Source: Firmicutes bacterium UBA993 (GTDB taxonomy: Bacteria; Bacillota; Dethiobacteria; DTU022). Taken from it: a stretch of 47,226 nucleotides of DNA. The notes below the pieces were generated by a model. It ran no database searches and was not told where the DNA came from. It saw only the letters and a list, made by a program, of their open reading frames with translations. The translations under genes and the position numbers were made by a program. Location of the stretch: the NCBI GenBank assembly GCA_002292015.1, contig DBBD01000122.1, positions 1 through 47,226 of the forward strand, in the 5' to 3' direction. This document shows, piece after piece, positions 1 through 8,143 of this stretch. Numbering within the stretch: position 1 is the stretch's first letter; every line of letters starts with the position of its first letter.

Positions 1-29
1 TTGCATTCCTCTTGCTCTTTTAGTAGTAT
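1..29 (+). promoter_or_regulatory. candidate SigA-type promoter for the metallophosphoesterase gene
   Basis: TTGCAT (1-6), 17-nt spacer, TAGTAT (24-29). It lies at the window edge and rests on sequence pattern only. Confidence 0.3.
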
Positions 30-90
30 GAAAAGGGATCATCAGGTTTTACTAAAAAAAAGTCACTAGCAGAGGCAGAAGGAATTATCT

Positions 91-786
91 TTGGCGATTT
101 TTGCGATAGCGGATCTTCACCTGGCGCACAGCAGGCATAAGCCAATGGATGTCTTCGGTGAGCTTTGGAAAGACCATGTTCAGCGTCTCGCAGAAAACTG
201 GCGGCAGGCCGTAAAAGCCGACGACTTGGTTATCGTAGCCGGTGATATTTCCTGGGCGATGCAGCTTTATGACGCAACTCCCGATTTTGACTGGTTGACG
301 AAGCAGCCCGGTACTAAAGTGTTAGTTAGGGGCAATCACGATTATTGGTGGTCTTCAATCGGAAAGGTCAGATCAGCGCTGCCACCCTCTGTTTATGCTC
401 TGCAAAATGATCACTTTATTTGGGAACAGTGGGTAATTTGCGGGACCAGAGGTTGGGTTTGCCCCGGCGAAGAAGGTTTCGACAGTAATCAAGACCAGAA
501 AATTTACCTGCGCGAAGTTGAGAGGCTGCGGTTGTCATTGCTAAGTGCCCAAAAAAATAAAGCTCAGCAGATTATCTGTGCTTTACACTATCCGCCTTTT
601 AGCCGCACCAACCAGCCGAGTGCCTTCAGCGACTTGCTCGAAGAATATGCAGTAAAAAAATGTGTATTCGGCCATATCCATGACAGCGGGCGCGATCAGA
701 TCGGTCAGGGCTTACGCAATGGCGTTGAGTACCATTTTGTAGCCGCTGATGGCCTTGATTTTAAACCTAAGTTTTTGACTGACTAG
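91..786 (+). CDS. calcineurin-like metallophosphoesterase
   Basis: 231-aa ORF with a TTG start. The metal-ligand motifs appear in order: 'IADLHL' (DxH), 'AGDISW' (GD), 'RGNHDYWW' (GNHD), 'ALHYPPF', 'FGHIHD' (GHxH). Confidence 0.85.
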   Translation: MAIFAIADLHLAHSRHKPMDVFGELWKDHVQRLAENWRQAVKADDLVIVAGDISWAMQLYDATPDFDWLTKQPGTKVLVRGNHDYWWSSIGKVRSALPPSVYALQNDHFIWEQWVICGTRGWVCPGEEGFDSNQDQKIYLREVERLRLSLLSAQKNKAQQIICALHYPPFSRTNQPSAFSDLLEEYAVKKCVFGHIHDSGRDQIGQGLRNGVEYHFVAADGLDFKPKFLTD

Positions 787-904
787 TTTGCCTGATCAGC
801 ATAATCCGAATTGGGATCGGATAAAATTTGTGCACCCCAGGCAGGAATGACAGCGGTTTAAGTGTAATTAAGATAAAGAAAAAATCATATGTCTGGAAGG
901 TGAT

Positions 905-1402
905 TTGTTGAAGAGCGTTGCGGCAGTAGAAACAGCTATAACCGATCCAATTGACTTAAGTGCCCTAGACGCAATAGTTGAGCCTTACCTGGGGAAAAAA
1001 GAAATGGTTATCCCGGTTTTGCAGGTAATACAGGACCATTACGGTTACTTGCCCCGGCCGGCTATTGAAGTGGTCTCGCGCCTGATGTATATTCCGCTCA
1101 GCAGTCTTTATGGAGTTGCCACTTTTTATTCCCAGTTTAAGTTGAAACCGCGTGGCCGCTATATTATCAGGGTTTGTAAGGGAACAGCCTGTCATATCCA
1201 GGGCAGCCCGAAAATTGCCGAACGGATTGAAGCAATTCTCGGGGTGCAAAGCGGTGAAACAACCGATGATTTAAAGTTCACCTTAGAGGAGGTGGCCTGC
1301 ATCGGAGCCTGCGCCTTGGCCCCGGTGATTATGGTTAACGACAATCCGCACGGAAGGCTGACCCCGGACAAAGTGAAGGCGGTCCTCGACAGTTACGAAT
1401 AG
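905..1402 (+). CDS. NuoE/HndA-like thioredoxin-fold [2Fe-2S] subunit of an NAD(P)-linked formate dehydrogenase or hydrogenase-type module
   Basis: 165 aa. 'RVCKGTACHIQG' and 'VACIGACALAPVIMVND' give the four-Cys pattern of 24-kDa/NuoE subunits. A GGAAGGTG RBS precedes the TTG start. Confidence 0.85.
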   Translation: MLKSVAAVETAITDPIDLSALDAIVEPYLGKKEMVIPVLQVIQDHYGYLPRPAIEVVSRLMYIPLSSLYGVATFYSQFKLKPRGRYIIRVCKGTACHIQGSPKIAERIEAILGVQSGETTDDLKFTLEEVACIGACALAPVIMVNDNPHGRLTPDKVKAVLDSYE

Positions 1403-1421
1403 CCAAGGAGGCTCAAAAATT

Positions 1422-3239
1422 TTGTATGAAAAGCATTTGATGATTTGCGGCGCGACGGGTTGTATCTCGTCTGGTTCGCAGTCAGTTGAAGAAGCGCTAA
1501 TCGAAGAACTGGAAAAGCACAAGATCAGAGATAAGTACAGGCTGGTGATGGCCGGGTGCCCCGGTTTTTGCGAGGTGGGGCCGATCATTGTTGTTTACCC
1601 CGACGAGGTTTTCTACTGCCGCCTGAAGCCGAAAGATATGGCGGAGCTGGTGGTAAAACACCTGGTGGGAGGTGAAATTGTCGAACATCTGCTCTATAAG
1701 GGGCCGGACGTTGATGCTCCGGCGCGTTTTTTTGACACGATCCCTTTTTATACCAAGCAAAAACTTAAAGTGTTACGTAACAGCGGCCTGATCGATCCGG
1801 AAAGTATCGATGAGTACATCATGCGCGGCGGTTATAGCGCTTTTACCCGGGCCTTGGATCTGGAACCGCCTGCCATTTGCGCCGAGATTAAGGCTGCCGG
1901 TCTGCGTGGGCGGGGCGGAGCTGGTTTTTCCACTGGGCTGAAGTGGGAACTTGCCTTGCAGGCACCGGCCGTCAAAAAATATGTGGTATGCAACGCCGAC
2001 GAGGGTGACCCAGGTGCTTTTATGGATCGCAGTATTCTTGAGGGCGACCCCCATGCCATTTTGGAAGGGATGCTGATCTGCGGTTGTGCAATCGGGGCTG
2101 ATGAAGGTTACGTTTATTGTCGTGCCGAATATCCATTGGCCATCAAGAGACTGAAGACTGCTATTAAACAGGCCGAAGAATATGGACTGCTCGGCCAAAA
2201 TATTCTCGCTTCCGGTTTTAATTTCAAAATCAAGATTAAGGAAGGTGCCGGCGCTTTTGTCTGCGGCGAAGAAACGGCCCTCTTAGCCTCGATCGAAGGC
2301 AAAAGAGGTATGCCGCGACCCCGTCCGCCCTTTCCGGCACAGGCCGGACTCTTTGGCAAACCGACCACGATCAACAATGTTGAAACTCTGGCCAACATAC
2401 CGCTAATTTTGAAAGAAGGCGGGGTGGCCGAGTTTTCTGCCATCGGTACTGAGGGCAGTAAAGGCACTAAGGTATTTGCCCTGGCTGGCAAGATCCGCAA
2501 TACTGGCTTGTGCGAAGTACCGATGGGCATCACGATCAGAGAGATAATATATGATGTTGGGGGCGGAATCAAAGGCGGCCGCGCTTTTAAAGCGGTTCAG
2601 GCTGGTGGACCATCCGGCGGTTGTATTCCTGCTGAACTATTGGATCTGCCGATTGACTACGACTCGCTGAATCAGGCTGGGGCAATTATGGGCTCCGGAG
2701 GTCTGGTAGTGATGGATGAACGGAACTGTATGGTTGACTTAGCTCAATACTTCCTAAGCTTTACCCAGAAAGAATCCTGTGGTAAATGTATACCCTGTCG
2801 TGAGGGTACTAAACGGATGCTGGAGATTTTAAACCGGATTACCGAAGGTGAAGGAAAACCGAAAGACCTCGATACCCTTGACGAGCTGGCTCACAGTATC
2901 AAAGACAGCTCCCTTTGTGGTCTCGGCCAGACTTGCCCGAACCCGGTGCTCAGCACGATCCGCTATTTCCGGACTGAATACGAAGAACATATTAACGAAC
3001 AGTATTGCCGATCCGGAGTTTGTAAAGCGCTTTTTCATTACCGGATTGATCAAGAACGCTGTACCGGTTGCACCGCCTGCTCCCGGGCTTGCCCGGTAAA
3101 TGCGATTACAGGTGTGAAAAAAGAAGCACATCAGATAATCCAAGAAAGCTGCACCCGCTGTGGCAGCTGTATTGAAAAGTGTCCTCAGGATTGTATCATG
3201 ATCACACCGGTTGGGAGGAAAGCCGATGTCAGCAATTAA
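1422..3239 (+). CDS. NuoF/HndC-like NAD(P)H-binding flavoprotein subunit (FMN, 4Fe-4S) with an extra N-terminal 2Fe-2S domain and a C-terminal 2x[4Fe-4S] ferredoxin domain
   Basis: 605 aa. 'GLRGRGGAGFSTGLKW' is the FMN/NADH site and 'ESCGKCIPCREG' is the N3 cluster. The C-terminus carries 'CTGCTACSRACP' and 'CTRCGSCIEKCP'. An AAGGAGG RBS lies 10 nt before the TTG start. Confidence 0.9.
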   Translation: MYEKHLMICGATGCISSGSQSVEEALIEELEKHKIRDKYRLVMAGCPGFCEVGPIIVVYPDEVFYCRLKPKDMAELVVKHLVGGEIVEHLLYKGPDVDAPARFFDTIPFYTKQKLKVLRNSGLIDPESIDEYIMRGGYSAFTRALDLEPPAICAEIKAAGLRGRGGAGFSTGLKWELALQAPAVKKYVVCNADEGDPGAFMDRSILEGDPHAILEGMLICGCAIGADEGYVYCRAEYPLAIKRLKTAIKQAEEYGLLGQNILASGFNFKIKIKEGAGAFVCGEETALLASIEGKRGMPRPRPPFPAQAGLFGKPTTINNVETLANIPLILKEGGVAEFSAIGTEGSKGTKVFALAGKIRNTGLCEVPMGITIREIIYDVGGGIKGGRAFKAVQAGGPSGGCIPAELLDLPIDYDSLNQAGAIMGSGGLVVMDERNCMVDLAQYFLSFTQKESCGKCIPCREGTKRMLEILNRITEGEGKPKDLDTLDELAHSIKDSSLCGLGQTCPNPVLSTIRYFRTEYEEHINEQYCRSGVCKALFHYRIDQERCTGCTACSRACPVNAITGVKKEAHQIIQESCTRCGSCIEKCPQDCIMITPVGRKADVSN

Positions 3240-5646
3240 ACTTACCATTGACGGTAAAGAGCTGGAAGTGGCTGCCGGCACGACTATCCTGCAGGCGGCC
3301 CGGGAGTTGGGCATTGATCTTCCCACTCTTTGCCACGATCCCGAGCTGCCGCCCAACGGCGCCTGCCGGCTTTGCGTGGTTGAAGTGGAAAAAGCGAAAA
3401 GCCTGGTTGCCTCTTGTGTCACCCCAGCTGCCCCCGGCATGGTTGTGCATACTGAATCAGAGCGAGTGGTGAGGGTCCGCCGGTCTATTTTGAGCCTGCT
3501 TATAGCCAATCACCCCTTGGTTTGCATTACCTGCGAACAGACTGGAAGCTGCAAACTGCAGGATTACTGTTACCGTTACAGTGTGACTGAAAACGAATAT
3601 GTTGGCGAAACGAAAGAGCTACCTTTAGATAGCAGCAACGCCTTTTTTGTCCGGGATATGACCAAGTGTATTCTTTGCGGTATTTGTGTCGGAAAGTGCC
3701 AGGAAATTGCCGGAGCAGGGGCCATTGACTTTACCATGCGCGGCTTTATCACTAACGTTGGTCCGGCTTACGAGGATAAAATTGAAGACTCGACCTGTGT
3801 TTTCTGTGGACTCTGCATCGATAGTTGTCCGGTCGGGGCATTGGTACCCAAAGCATTGATTGGCAAGGGCCGCCCGTGGCAGGTCGAAAAAACCAAGACC
3901 ATTTGTCCTTATTGCGGTGTTGGTTGCGGTATTTACCTGCAGACCAGAGATAACGAAGTGATCAATGTGCGGCCCGATTTTGATAGCCCGGTCAACCGTG
4001 GGCATCTTTGTGCCCGGGGTAAGTTTGGCTGGGATTACCTGCAGAGTAAAGAGCGCTTAACCACTCCTCTGATCAGGTCGGAGGAGGTTTTCGTCGCAGT
4101 TGGTTGGGAGGAAGCCTTCGGCCTGATCGTCGATAACCTAAAAGAGATCCGTAGCAGCTTTGGTCCCGCTGCTCTGATGGGCCTTTGTTCCCCGAAGGCC
4201 AGTAATGAGGAAAGCTACATCTTCCAGAAGCTGTTCCGTTCATTGGGCAGCAATAATGTTGACAGCTACAGCCGGCATTGCCACGCCCCGGCGGTCGAAG
4301 GGATGACGAGGGCGTTTGGCGGTGCAGCGATGACAAACAGCATGGAAGAACTGGTTTCAGCTGAAGCGATCTTTTTAATTGAAGCCGATCCGCTTAAGAC
4401 GCACCCGATCATCGGTTACCGTATACGTGAGGCGATCAGGCAGGGGACATGTCTTATTGCCGCCCAGTCGGAGGACACCGGATTAAGCGATATAGCCTCT
4501 TACTACCTGCAGATTAAGTCGGGTAGCGCGGTGGCGCTAGCCAATGCCTTCGCTGCCGTGATCCTTGAAGAGAATCTCTATAACCCGAAGTTTATCAATA
4601 AACGCACGGAAGGTTTTGCCGCTTACAGCAGCTCACTGGGGCCGGAGGTTGTACGCCGGTCCCTGGAGCTGACCGGAATCAACGAAGAGCAGCTTCGCTC
4701 AGCAGCCCGTGCTTTTGCTACAGCGAATAGCGCGGCCATCGTTTCAACAGCCGGAGGAGTCGCTCAGGAGGGTGGCAGCCTGTTGGTTACCGCCTTGGCT
4801 AACCTGGCCTTGCTAACCGGAAACCTGGGGCGCGAAAACTGCGGCCTTTACCTGCCCTATAGTGAAAATAACCTGCAGGGTTCTGCTGATATGGGCACCC
4901 TGCCTGCGTTGCTGACCGGCTACCAGCCGCTTAGGGAAAAAACGGTGCGTGATCACTTTTCCCGGGCGTGGAAGGTTGAATTAAGCGAACAACCCGGCTT
5001 ATCAGCCGCTGCTCTTTTTTCCGGATATGGGAATAAAACTGTTAAAGCGATGTTGGTGATGGGTGAAAATCCGGCGGCCTGCGGCGAACATCGCGAGGCG
5101 GTAACGGAAGTATTGCGCAACCTCAATTTTCTGGTTGTTCAGGAGATGTTCATGACAGAAACGGCGATGTTGGCCGATGTAATTCTGCCGGCCGCCGGTT
5201 TTGCCGAAAAAATGGGTACTTATACTAATGTGGAGCGTAGGGTGCAGCTAAACAGGGCGGCAATAGTTCCGCCGGGGGATGCCCGACCCGACTGGGCCAT
5301 CCTGACCGAGCTGGCCGGCAGACTTGGCTTCAAGTGGGAGTACGAAAGCCCGGAGGATATTTCCACCGAAATAGCTGCTCTTACACCGCAGTACGCTGGT
5401 ATTTCCTACGAGCGGATCGGTGCTAAGGGGTTGCAGTGGCCCTGCCCGCACTCCGAACATCCGGGTTCTAAGTATCTCTATGAAGGCCGATTCCAGCGGG
5501 GGCTTGGACTGTTTACTCCAATCAGTATGGATGATCAGGCGAAGCTCTTGTTTTCTTACGAGGAGAACCGCTCCGCAGGAAAAAAAACGCTCTGCAACTG
5601 CCTCAGCGACAGCATGCGCAACCGCTCGGTGATCAGTAAACTTTAG
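3226..5646 (+). CDS. fdhA: formate dehydrogenase catalytic subunit FdhA (Cys type, Mo/W-bis-MGD) that appears C-terminally truncated
   Basis: The N-terminus has a 2Fe-2S domain ('CRLCVVEV') and NuoG-like 4Fe-4S domains. The MopB cluster is 'ICPYCGVGCGIY' and the active-site region is 'SRHCHAPAVEG' (Cys-His, no in-frame TGA). The ORF ends about 65 aa after 'GLQWPC', where homologues continue for roughly 110-125 aa more (the MGD-binding cap domain). I place the start at ATG 3226 behind GGGAGGA rather than at TTG 3211. Confidence 0.8.
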   Translation: MSAIKLTIDGKELEVAAGTTILQAARELGIDLPTLCHDPELPPNGACRLCVVEVEKAKSLVASCVTPAAPGMVVHTESERVVRVRRSILSLLIANHPLVCITCEQTGSCKLQDYCYRYSVTENEYVGETKELPLDSSNAFFVRDMTKCILCGICVGKCQEIAGAGAIDFTMRGFITNVGPAYEDKIEDSTCVFCGLCIDSCPVGALVPKALIGKGRPWQVEKTKTICPYCGVGCGIYLQTRDNEVINVRPDFDSPVNRGHLCARGKFGWDYLQSKERLTTPLIRSEEVFVAVGWEEAFGLIVDNLKEIRSSFGPAALMGLCSPKASNEESYIFQKLFRSLGSNNVDSYSRHCHAPAVEGMTRAFGGAAMTNSMEELVSAEAIFLIEADPLKTHPIIGYRIREAIRQGTCLIAAQSEDTGLSDIASYYLQIKSGSAVALANAFAAVILEENLYNPKFINKRTEGFAAYSSSLGPEVVRRSLELTGINEEQLRSAARAFATANSAAIVSTAGGVAQEGGSLLVTALANLALLTGNLGRENCGLYLPYSENNLQGSADMGTLPALLTGYQPLREKTVRDHFSRAWKVELSEQPGLSAAALFSGYGNKTVKAMLVMGENPAACGEHREAVTEVLRNLNFLVVQEMFMTETAMLADVILPAAGFAEKMGTYTNVERRVQLNRAAIVPPGDARPDWAILTELAGRLGFKWEYESPEDISTEIAALTPQYAGISYERIGAKGLQWPCPHSEHPGSKYLYEGRFQRGLGLFTPISMDDQAKLLFSYEENRSAGKKTLCNCLSDSMRNRSVISKL

Positions 5647-5827
5647 TAAAAACTGATAATAGCTGTGTGTATGTTAAGGGAATTAGTTGTTGTGGTCCGA
5701 GAACAGTTCGGGCTTTCCAAAGCGCAGCATTAGGCCGAAAGCGGAGATGCTTGAATTGGCCCCTGTAGCCTAATGGGGAATACCTCAATAGATAACCATA
5801 AGTGGCAGTAAGTAGGAGGGCAATACC

Positions 5828-7180
5828 ATGGCAAAATATTTTTTCCCCAATGGTTTTCACTGGGGTGCGGCAACCGCATCCTACCAAATCGAAGGCTCAC
5901 CGGAAGCCGATGGTAAAGGTGAATCGATCTGGGACCGTTTTTCACGCAGTCCGGGCCGGATCTGGGAAAATGACACGGGCGACATCGCTTGCGATCACTA
6001 CCGGCGCTACCAGGAAGATGTTACCCTGATGGGCTCAATCGGTCTAAATGCTTACCGCTTTTCAATCGCATGGCCCCGTATTTTCCCGGCCGGCGGCGGT
6101 CGACCCAACGAATCGGGACTTGATTTTTACCGCCGTCTGGTTGATGCCCTGCAGCAGCAGAACATTAAAGCGGCGGCAACTCTTTATCACTGGGATCTGC
6201 CCCAGACGCTGCAGGATAAAGGTGGCTGGCGCAACCGTGATACTGCCCGTTATTTTGCTGAATATGCCGCTTATCTTTTTGAAAAGCTCGACCTGCCAAT
6301 TGACCTCTGGATAACCGTCAATGAGCCTTGGGTAATAGCCTACATGGGCCATGCTTTCGGCGTACATGCCCCCGGTGACACCGATTTTGGTACTGCTTTG
6401 AAAGTTGGCCACAATTTACTATTGGGCCACGGCCTGGCTGTAAAAGCTTTCCGCAAGGCTAAGCGAGGTCCGGAAAAGATCGGTATTACCCTAAACCTGG
6501 CCCCGATCCACCCCAATTCCGACTCTGAAGCAGATTTGGAGGCTGCACGGCGCTCTGACGGTTTTATGAATCGCTGGTATCTTGACCCGCTTTTTAAGGG
6601 CAGCTACCCCCAGGATTTGGCGGAGATCTTGGCCCGCCGTTTCGAAATGCCCCAATCGGAAAAGGAAGATGCCGCCATTATTGCCGAGCCGATCGACTTC
6701 CTCGGGATCAACAATTATACACGGGTGCTGGTGGAATCAACCGGTATGGCTGACGACTTCATGGGTAATCCGGTTAATCCGCCCGACCGGGAGTACACTG
6801 AAATGGGCTGGGAAGTTTACCCTGACGCTTTATTTGAGTTGCTAACCCGGGTGCACCGTGATTATGGGCCGATCCCGCTTTATGTAACTGAAAACGGCGC
6901 CGCTTTTGACGACGAACTCGGTGTGGGCGGCGCAGTAAACGATCCCCGCCGCATTAACTACCTACAAGGTTACCTGCTAGCCTGTTGGCGGGCGATCGAA
7001 GAAGGTGTACCGCTTAATGGTTATTACGTTTGGACGCTGCTTGATAATTTCGAATGGGCATTCGGTTACAGTAAGCGGTTCGGCCTGATTTATGTCGACT
7101 ACCCGAGTCAGAAGCGCTATCTTAAAAAAAGCGCCCTCTGGTATAAAGAGGTTATCTCCCGTAATGGACTGGATATCTAA
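5828..7180 (+). CDS. bglA: glycoside hydrolase family 1 beta-glucosidase
   Basis: 450 aa. N-terminal 'FPNGFHWGAATASYQIEG', the acid/base motif 'TVNEPW' and the nucleophile motif 'YVTENGAA' are all present. An AGGAGGG RBS lies 8 nt upstream of the ATG. Confidence 0.93.
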   Translation: MAKYFFPNGFHWGAATASYQIEGSPEADGKGESIWDRFSRSPGRIWENDTGDIACDHYRRYQEDVTLMGSIGLNAYRFSIAWPRIFPAGGGRPNESGLDFYRRLVDALQQQNIKAAATLYHWDLPQTLQDKGGWRNRDTARYFAEYAAYLFEKLDLPIDLWITVNEPWVIAYMGHAFGVHAPGDTDFGTALKVGHNLLLGHGLAVKAFRKAKRGPEKIGITLNLAPIHPNSDSEADLEAARRSDGFMNRWYLDPLFKGSYPQDLAEILARRFEMPQSEKEDAAIIAEPIDFLGINNYTRVLVESTGMADDFMGNPVNPPDREYTEMGWEVYPDALFELLTRVHRDYGPIPLYVTENGAAFDDELGVGGAVNDPRRINYLQGYLLACWRAIEEGVPLNGYYVWTLLDNFEWAFGYSKRFGLIYVDYPSQKRYLKKSALWYKEVISRNGLDI

Positions 7181-7198
7181 TGGTCGGGGGCGGAAACG

Positions 7199-7984
7199 TT
7201 GGCGGCTGGAAGGACTGACGCAAAGAACATTACCCGGGTGGACGGCGGCCGGCGGGAGATTTTCAGCGATCAGGTGGTAATTGAAGCGCCGCTGACCATC
7301 TACATAAATGGTAGTGAACTGGTTACCCTGCTTTGCACCCCGGAAAAGGTTGACTGCCTGGCCCTCGGATTCTTACGCAGCGAAGGCTTTATTGTTAACA
7401 TGTCTGAAGTTCAGGCTTTAAGGTCCTGCCCTGAAGAAGGCCTTGTTGAGGTGGATCTGAAGGAACAGAAAGGGCTTGCGGAAAAACTTTTTGGCAAGCG
7501 GACGATCACCTCCGGCTGTGGCAAGGGTACCATCTTTTACAATGTTCTTGATTCACTGCGCAGCACCCCGCTCACCGGAAAGCTGAAAATTAGCGCCGGC
7601 AAGGTCTGGGAGCTGAACGGCGAGTTGCAAAAAAAGGCGCTGCTTTTCAAAACTACCGGTGGGGTGCACAGTGCCGCCTTGGCCAACAGCGAAAAGCTGC
7701 TCTATTTTCACGAGGATATTGGCCGTCATAATGCAGTGGACAAAATTATCGGCGAGTGTTTGTTCAACAGCGTGCCCACTGACGATAAAGCTCTTTTTAC
7801 CAGCGGACGGCTTAGCTCGGAGATCCTGCTGAAAGCGGCTAAGCTGAAGATTCAGCTGATAGTTTCGCGGGCCGCTCCCACCTCGCTCAGCGTTGAACTG
7901 GCCGAGGCGATGAATATTACTCTTGTTGGCTTTGTACGTGGACTGCGGATGAATATCTACAGCCACCCCTGGCGCATCCACTAA
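7199..7984 (+). CDS. fdhD: formate dehydrogenase accessory sulfurtransferase FdhD
   Basis: 261 aa. It carries the catalytic-Cys loop 'ITSGCGKG', 'GGVHSAAL' and 'DIGRHNAVDK', plus a C-terminal 'SRAAPTSLSVELAE..ITLVGFVRG'. The TTG start is uncertain. Confidence 0.88.
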   Translation: MAAGRTDAKNITRVDGGRREIFSDQVVIEAPLTIYINGSELVTLLCTPEKVDCLALGFLRSEGFIVNMSEVQALRSCPEEGLVEVDLKEQKGLAEKLFGKRTITSGCGKGTIFYNVLDSLRSTPLTGKLKISAGKVWELNGELQKKALLFKTTGGVHSAALANSEKLLYFHEDIGRHNAVDKIIGECLFNSVPTDDKALFTSGRLSSEILLKAAKLKIQLIVSRAAPTSLSVELAEAMNITLVGFVRGLRMNIYSHPWRIH

Positions 7985-8048
7985 GCTTATATCAAGCTGA
8001 AGGTTGGGAAAAACTACTTACTCGGTTCAAGAATCTCATGCCACCAGT

Positions 8049-8143
8049 AGAGGGATTAAATCCCTCCCTCGCCCCAATTTTTCCCCAGGGAGATGGAGTT
8101 TGCGGTTTGCTTTCCTTTGGAGGAGAAAAGATTTATAGGGTAG
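8049..8143. repeat. hairpin-rich intergenic repeat, copy A (second copy at 45461-45523)
   Basis: It shares the 5' 17-mer AGAGGGAYTAAATCCCT (an AGGGAT/ATCCCT hairpin) and the identical 3' 14-mer GATTTATAGGGTAG with copy B. An internal purine/pyrimidine hairpin is also present. The 3' end supplies the last codons and the stop of the minus-strand gene ending at 8133. Confidence 0.6.

Noticed and set aside
825-850. A sigma-54-like string (TGTGCACCCCAGGCA) upstream of the nuoE-like gene.
   Set aside because: The -24 GG is absent (TGTGCAC rather than TGGCAC), and the -12 element TTGC/GC and its spacing do not fit.
2829-3509. A 226-aa minus-strand ORF spanning the nuoF-like/fdhA junction. Similar long antisense ORFs occur at 19300-19791, 20380-21054, 43105-43596 and 44502-45005.
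   Set aside because: They lie entirely antisense to genes with unambiguous family motifs. Their composition is Ala/Arg/Ser/Pro-rich and low in complexity, and they lack RBSs. These are typical shadow ORFs of moderately GC-rich coding DNA.
4250-4290. A possible selenocysteine codon at the FdhA active site.
   Set aside because: The active-site residue is encoded as Cys ('SRHCHAP'). The ORF has no in-frame TGA, and no SECIS-like hairpin needs to be invoked.
8025-8045. A tRNA T-arm-like string GGTTCAAGAATC downstream of fdhD.
   Set aside because: No acceptor stem, D-arm or anticodon arm can be drawn around it. It is an isolated partial match.
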